Below the pieces are notes generated by a model. It was not told the DNA's origin. It did not search any database and saw only the letters and a program-made list of their open reading frames with translations. Shown here one piece after another: positions 16,967 to 21,536 of a stretch of 21,536 bases of DNA. Origin of the DNA: Promethearchaeota archaeon (lineage in GTDB: Archaea > Asgardarchaeota > Thorarchaeia > Thorarchaeales > Thorarchaeaceae); the NCBI GenBank assembly GCA_048939765.1, contig JBHLPF010000045.1, positions 1-21,536 on the forward strand, written 5' to 3'. Both the position numbers and the translations under genes were made by a program. How positions within the stretch are numbered: the stretch's first letter is position 1; the number at the start of each line of letters is the position of its first letter.

Positions 16967-17917
16967 CTAAGCCGTCACGCTGACTGCTACCACCTCATCC
17001 CCCAGCTTCTCAGGCAGATCAATAACAAAAGCGCTCAGCATGCCCTGCGTATACTTAGAGCCTGGATTAACACAGAGGGTACGACCAATATGTTCCATTC
17101 CTACTGATTCATGAATGTGTCCATGGAGACCCAGGAGCGGCTTATATTTCTCGAAAGATTCACGAACGCTCTTACTCCCAACAGGAACCATTTCAGGAGC
17201 ACCATAGCGGACATTTACCTGCTGCTTGTCATCCAGTTTGGGTGCTAGGTCAATCATTGTCCCATAGGGAGGGGCATGAAAGTTGCAGACGAGATTCTCA
17301 TGTGAGCTGAGTCGACTGAATTCTTTCTCCAGCCTGACCATTAATTCATCCTCAGGGCACTCACGCGGCGTATCCCAAGGTGTAGAATTCACCCATTCGC
17401 AGGAAATCATCTGATGTCTATCATCAAGATCCACGACTGTTTCAAGGGACTGCGTGATTCTGCTGCTTTTCCTAATGAGTTCATCAATTTCCAATGCATC
17501 GTCATTTCCAGGACTCACTATGACCTTGATTTCGTCAGGAATCTTCTCCTCAATGAGATTGATCCAATATTCCATTCGTTCTAGCATCAGCTTCTGAAAA
17601 AGGGATTTTACTTTCTCTGGGGAAGCTTGAAGTTCCTCTAGTTCTGGCTCAGTTGAGAAGAACCAATAGAACCCTCGTTTCTCATAGATATCTTTAGCCC
17701 TTCGAAGGTCCTTCTCAGACTTGTACCTCTCTTTTCGTCCCCATGGTGATGACCACCAGACGCCCGGTTTTTCCTCGACGAGGGGCACAACAGCTTTCCC
17801 GGTAAGATCGCCGCACATCATGACGACATCACAGTTGTAGGCTTCGTGGACTTTCACCATCTTGCGTAGAACTGGTACACTTCCGTGAGCATCGCAGGAG
17901 AAAAAGATGCGGGTCAA
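16967..17917 (-). CDS. Calcineurin-like metallophosphoesterase (Icc-related), copy B
   Basis: CDAHGS, CGDLTGK, PGNDD, FHAPP, HGHIHE, VNPGS. The true start is probably TTG 17917 (MTRIFF), which follows AGGAGGT and matches the MRIF start of copy A. The ORF track extends to 17989. Confidence 0.92.
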   Translation of the reverse strand: MTRIFFSCDAHGSVPVLRKMVKVHEAYNCDVVMMCGDLTGKAVVPLVEEKPGVWWSSPWGRKERYKSEKDLRRAKDIYEKRGFYWFFSTEPELEELQASPEKVKSLFQKLMLERMEYWINLIEEKIPDEIKVIVSPGNDDALEIDELIRKSSRITQSLETVVDLDDRHQMISCEWVNSTPWDTPRECPEDELMVRLEKEFSRLSSHENLVCNFHAPPYGTMIDLAPKLDDKQQVNVRYGAPEMVPVGSKSVRESFEKYKPLLGLHGHIHESVGMEHIGRTLCVNPGSKYTQGMLSAFVIDLPEKLGDEVVAVSVTA

Positions 17918-17941
17918 GATTAAACCTCCTAAAGCCAGCGG

Positions 17942-17960
17942 CCGAAATAGATATTTAAAC
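17942..17960. promoter_or_regulatory. Putative BRE/TATA element in the 89-bp divergent spacer
   Basis: CCGAAA followed by the palindromic TTTAAA (17954-17959), roughly midway between the starts at 17917 (-) and 18007 (+). Confidence 0.5.
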
Positions 17961-18006
17961 ATTACAGAACTCATGCGATGATTTGCCATTCCTCGAAGTG
18001 TTCCGC

Positions 18007-18777
18007 ATGGAAGAAGAGAAAGGAAATCAACAAGTGTTCGTTGACGAAGCCCTTAGAATCATCGATGAAGCAAACAAGCAAGGACTCATTCTTAGACTCA
18101 TGGGGGCTATAGCAATCAGACTTCACAGTCCTGACTATTCATATCTGCATGAGAAACTGGGTAGGTCCATTACTGACATAGATTATGTTGCATATGAGAA
18201 ACAGTCATCGAGATTAGAGAAATTCTTTGAAAGCCAGAATTACTCCAGAAGAATGCTCTCATTTAGCTTCGCACTGGGAGGAAGAATGATCTTTACGAAT
18301 AATTTGGATGGACGACATGTAGATGTCTTTCTTGATCGATTGGAGATGTGTCACAAGATAGAGTACAAGAAGAGGCTGGAGATCGATAGTCCAACCGTAC
18401 CTCTAGCTGAATTGCTGCTCCAGAAGATGCAGATCGTGAAGATTAGCGAGAAGGACATCATCGATACCACCATGCTAATCTTGGCTCACGAGATTGGTGA
18501 TACAGATGAGAATACAATCAACACTGGATACATAGCTGAGATACTCTCCAAGGAGTGGGGATTCTTCTATACAGTTACCACAAATCTGAGAAAAGTGGCT
18601 TCTCTGATGCGCGAGTTCAAGGTTCTCAAGGAGGAAGAAAAGGAAACCGTCAGCTCTCGTATTGATGAGCTTCTTCAGAGGATTGAGGACAAGCCAAAGA
18701 GCAGATCCTGGAAGATGAGAGCCAGAGTTGGGACTTCAAAGAAGTGGTACAAAGAAGTTGATACTCCTGGAGCCTAA
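18007..18777 (+). CDS. Nucleotidyltransferase-fold protein (Pol-beta superfamily, AbiEii-like motifs), copy B
   Basis: LMGAIA...GRSITDIDY, HVDVF, LQKMQIVKISEKDIID. Paralog of 656..1456. ATG 18007 is preferred over 17983. Confidence 0.8.
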   Translation: MEEEKGNQQVFVDEALRIIDEANKQGLILRLMGAIAIRLHSPDYSYLHEKLGRSITDIDYVAYEKQSSRLEKFFESQNYSRRMLSFSFALGGRMIFTNNLDGRHVDVFLDRLEMCHKIEYKKRLEIDSPTVPLAELLLQKMQIVKISEKDIIDTTMLILAHEIGDTDENTINTGYIAEILSKEWGFFYTVTTNLRKVASLMREFKVLKEEEKETVSSRIDELLQRIEDKPKSRSWKMRARVGTSKKWYKEVDTPGA

Positions 18778-18829
18778 GTCGGCATCTGACTCCTGCATTT
18801 CAGATCAAATATGATCCTCTCAATTCGAA

Positions 18830-19351
18830 TCAGTGTTTCTTTGCTATCACGATTGTACAGTATTCGCCGCCCTTCTGTAGGCCAGTTTTGCCGAATTGTG
18901 TTGGATTCTGAGCTTCTAACTCGGGATTCCAGCCTTCAACAAATCCATTGTCGAAAAGCTCCAGTATCGGACATATTGTTCCCAAATAGCTCTCAGACAA
19001 CCCCATTTCCTTGATTGTGGGAATTAGGGTTGGCACTGGACATCGGCGCCACCGAATGACCGCCCGGTCTTCTGAGATTTCAACAGCTTCCGGATTGAAG
19101 ACTTTCGTGCCACCGAAGAGTTCTCCAAGTGTCTTGAGATCATTCTTACCAGCTGCTTTAGCTGCGTTCTTGCCAGCAACAAATCCAGCATCATAGTTTG
19201 CCTGCTTGATGTCCTCTAGAATCTCTTCACCGTATTTGCCAGGTAGTCTGTGAATGAAATACGAAACTATCAAACATCTAGTAGCTATCTCACCTGCAAC
19301 AAGCTCGTTGCAGAGTTCCCAGGTCAACTCATCACTCGACAATATCTTCAC
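18830..19351 (-). CDS. Small V4R / ATC-hydrolase-like protein, copy 2
   Basis: RRCPV...ICPIL..FD.GF..G.NPE...GGEYCTI has the same CP...C...D...G...C layout as 11668..12138. Lies just downstream of the dehydrogenase gene. Confidence 0.7.
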   Translation of the reverse strand: MKILSSDELTWELCNELVAGEIATRCLIVSYFIHRLPGKYGEEILEDIKQANYDAGFVAGKNAAKAAGKNDLKTLGELFGGTKVFNPEAVEISEDRAVIRWRRCPVPTLIPTIKEMGLSESYLGTICPILELFDNGFVEGWNPELEAQNPTQFGKTGLQKGGEYCTIVIAKKH

Positions 19352-19373
19352 CTCAATTTATAAGCTGGCGATA

Positions 19374-20447
19374 TCAGAACACAATCTGAACCTTAATAGA
19401 CTCAGATTCAGCCTTATCTGACGCCGCATCAAAGGCCTCTGAGCATTTCTCAAGTGGAAATTTGTGAGTAATTAGGGATTTTGCATCAATCCTCCCGGAT
19501 TCCAGTAGATTGAGTGACACTTCAAACTCCTTCAAATGTGTCCAATATGCATAACCCCATGCACCTGTCAGTGTGACTTCTTTTGTTATCAAACTGAACA
19601 TATTGATTGGCATGGGATGCAAGAAGATACCGGTTGCAACCAGGGTGCCCCGACGCCTAAGAATGTTAACACCATCTTCTAGTACCGGGGCAACTCCTCC
19701 AACTGCCTCTATGACTTTGTCAACACCTTGACCAGAAGTCAACTCCATCACTCGTTCAACCACATTTTCTTTCCGTGCATTAATAGCTGCGGTTGCTCCA
19801 AGACGGCTCGCAGTCTCAATCTGAAAATTGTGTGTACCAGTGACATAGACCTCTCTAGCTCCAGCCGCAAAAGAACCTTGAGCTGCAAAGAGACCGATAG
19901 TGCCGGAACCCAGGATGGCCACTCTGTCTTCGTTTGATACCTGAGCGCGTTTAATTGCCCGTTCTGCAATTGCAATGCAGTCCATCGTGGCTGCCTCTTC
20001 AAATGAAGTCTTGTCTGAGATCTTGAAACACTTCTCAGCCGGCGCCACAACAAATTCGGCTAGTCCACCAATATAGTAGAAGCCAATCAGTCCCGAATTC
20101 TCACAGAGATTATACCAGCCAGTTTTGCACCAATCACACTTGCCACAGTTGACTGTTGGCTCAACCACCACTCTGTCTCCAGCCTCAAGGTCAGTGACAC
20201 CCTCGCCCAGCTCTTGGATCTCACCTGCAATCTCATGGCCTGGAATATAGATTCCTTCACCAATCACAGATGAGATTGGAATGAATGTCTTCTCCCTATA
20301 GAGATGCAAATCGCTTCCACATATTCCAGCTGCGCGTACCTTGATTAGAACCCACCCAGGTTTGAGGTCGGGGATATCAATTTCCTCAACCCTAATGTCT
20401 CTCGGTCCGTAAAGAATCCCAGCCTTCATCCTTCCCAATTTGGCCAA
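19374..20447 (-). CDS. Zn-dependent medium-chain dehydrogenase (threonine/sorbitol dehydrogenase-like)
   Basis: Catalytic Zn motifs GICGSDLH and GHE, structural Zn motif CGKCDWC...NLC, and Rossmann GSGTIG. The start may be ATG 20429. Confidence 0.94.
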   Translation of the reverse strand: MAKLGRMKAGILYGPRDIRVEEIDIPDLKPGWVLIKVRAAGICGSDLHLYREKTFIPISSVIGEGIYIPGHEIAGEIQELGEGVTDLEAGDRVVVEPTVNCGKCDWCKTGWYNLCENSGLIGFYYIGGLAEFVVAPAEKCFKISDKTSFEEAATMDCIAIAERAIKRAQVSNEDRVAILGSGTIGLFAAQGSFAAGAREVYVTGTHNFQIETASRLGATAAINARKENVVERVMELTSGQGVDKVIEAVGGVAPVLEDGVNILRRRGTLVATGIFLHPMPINMFSLITKEVTLTGAWGYAYWTHLKEFEVSLNLLESGRIDAKSLITHKFPLEKCSEAFDAASDKAESESIKVQIVF

Positions 20448-20592
20448 TCTCCCTAGGAAAATGCCCTCACGCTGCGAACTACATAAACATTTCCGCTGAA
20501 GGTTTAATTAGTGGTTGCACCTTAAGGCGGAGTTAAATCACGCAACTGGAAATAGTGCCATAATTGCACCTTCCCGGGAGTGTCAATGAAGC

Positions 20593-21536
20593 ATGAATTC
20601 ACGAGAGAGATTTCATAAAGCTGTGAACCATGAAGAACCGGACAGAGTCCCGATCGATTATTGGACGACGTCTGCAGCGTATCGCAACTTGCGAGATCAC
20701 TTGGGAATAGCTGCTAAGGAGGATCAAGAGTGGGGCATAATGGAAACATGGAAGATCTCTGAGGAAATGCTGCGCAGACTCCACGTAGACTTCCGACGTG
20801 TGTACATGAACCCATCTTCGAGTTTCGAGATGATGACCTATCCTGACGGCTCCACCGACACAGAGTATGGCTTTCGTGGAAAATACATCGGTCTCTACTG
20901 GGAGGTGACATATTTTCCATGGGCCGAATTCACAGAAGTGGAACAAGTGGAGGAGTACCCATGGCCGGACGCTGATGATCCATCGCGAACGGAAGGAGTT
21001 TTGGAATGGGCAAAGTATCTCCATGAAGAAACAGACTATGCAGTGGTAGGAATGGTGGGCGGGCCCTGGGGGGTCTTTGAGATATGTGAGCACTATATGC
21101 GTGGATTTGACAAGTTTTTGATTGACCTGGGACAACGCACAAAGCTTGCAGAAGCAATGATGGACAAGGCGATGGAGTTGGCACTAGATATGAACAGAGT
21201 CCTTTTGGATGAAGTGGGCGAGTATCTGGACATTGTACAGGTAGGTGACGACCTCGGGCATCAAAATGGTCTGATAATGAGTCCCAGGATGTATAAGAAG
21301 CTCGTAAAACCTAGACACAAGAGAATCTATAGTGACATCCACAAAAGAGCTCCTCATGTCAAAATCCTCTATCACAGCTGCGGCGCCGTGGAGCCGATGA
21401 TTAATGACCTAATAGAGGTGGATGTTGACATCCTTAACCCAATTCAACCTCTAGCAAAGGGGATGGATTCCGTCAATCTGAAAGAGAAATACGGTGACAG
21501 ACTAGTCTTCCATGGTGGTGTTGACCTTCAGAGGGC
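20593..21536 (+). CDS. Uroporphyrinogen decarboxylase / MtaA-CmuA methyltransferase family protein, truncated at the window end
   Basis: Not in the ORF track. Manual translation from ATG 20593 stays open to the end: MNSRERFHKAVNHEEPDRVPIDYW...MRGFDKFLIDL...GDDLGHQNGLIMSP...YHSCG...ILNPIQ...KYGDRLVFHGGVD. Confidence 0.92.
   Translation, partial: MNSRERFHKAVNHEEPDRVPIDYWTTSAAYRNLRDHLGIAAKEDQEWGIMETWKISEEMLRRLHVDFRRVYMNPSSSFEMMTYPDGSTDTEYGFRGKYIGLYWEVTYFPWAEFTEVEQVEEYPWPDADDPSRTEGVLEWAKYLHEETDYAVVGMVGGPWGVFEICEHYMRGFDKFLIDLGQRTKLAEAMMDKAMELALDMNRVLLDEVGEYLDIVQVGDDLGHQNGLIMSPRMYKKLVKPRHKRIYSDIHKRAPHVKILYHSCGAVEPMINDLIEVDVDILNPIQPLAKGMDSVNLKEKYGDRLVFHGGVDLQR

Noticed and set aside
17918-18006. 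Apparent head-to-head overlap of the phosphoesterase B and NTase B ORFs at 17983-17989
   Set aside because: Artefact of longest-ORF calling. The RBS and paralog alignment place the starts at 17917 and about 18007, leaving a promoter-sized gap.
656-18777. Recent segmental duplication or assembly artefact behind the paired genes
   Set aside because: The paralogs differ extensively at protein level, no long identical DNA repeat was seen, and gene order and orientation differ.
20593-21536. True hemE (uroporphyrinogen decarboxylase)
   Set aside because: It lacks the RQAGR motif and has the HxC metal motif and corrinoid context of the methyltransferase-like branch.
1-21536. CRISPR arrays, tRNA/rRNA genes, transposases or integrases
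   Set aside because: No regularly spaced repeats, cloverleaf-like segments or recombinase motifs were seen. The intergenic gaps are short and explained by promoters and terminators.

Overview
Gene-dense, mid-GC prokaryotic DNA that reads as archaeal: TATA-like promoter boxes, GGAGG/GAGGT ribosome-binding sites and archaeal-type APC permeases. The gene content fits an anaerobic sediment lineage such as Asgard/Thorarchaeia; this taxonomy is inference only. There are 19 complete CDS plus two truncated at the window edges and missing from the ORF track: a DUF917 protein at the left and a URO-D/MtaA-family protein at the right. The main feature is a four-gene module present twice in diverged form (copy A about 656-7371, copy B about 14495-18777). 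Each copy has a Pol-beta/AbiEii-like nucleotidyltransferase head-to-head with a calcineurin-like metallophosphoesterase, an uncharacterised two-TM membrane protein and an APC permease. It looks like a nucleotide writer/eraser system tied to solute transport. Between and around the copies lies a probable methylated-amine catabolic cluster: corrinoid protein, pyrrolysine-free MttB-family methyltransferase, URO-D/MtaA-like protein, FAD plus Fe-S/CCG oxidoreductase pair, Zn-dependent dehydrogenase, two V4R/ATC-hydrolase-like proteins, two DUF917 proteins and a MoaD/ThiS-like protein. Also present are an HTH-Mrr-like protein with an apparently dead active site and an orphan with possible tandem PH-like folds. 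No rRNA, tRNA, CRISPR array or mobile element was recognised. Family assignments come from motifs recognised by eye, not from database searches.
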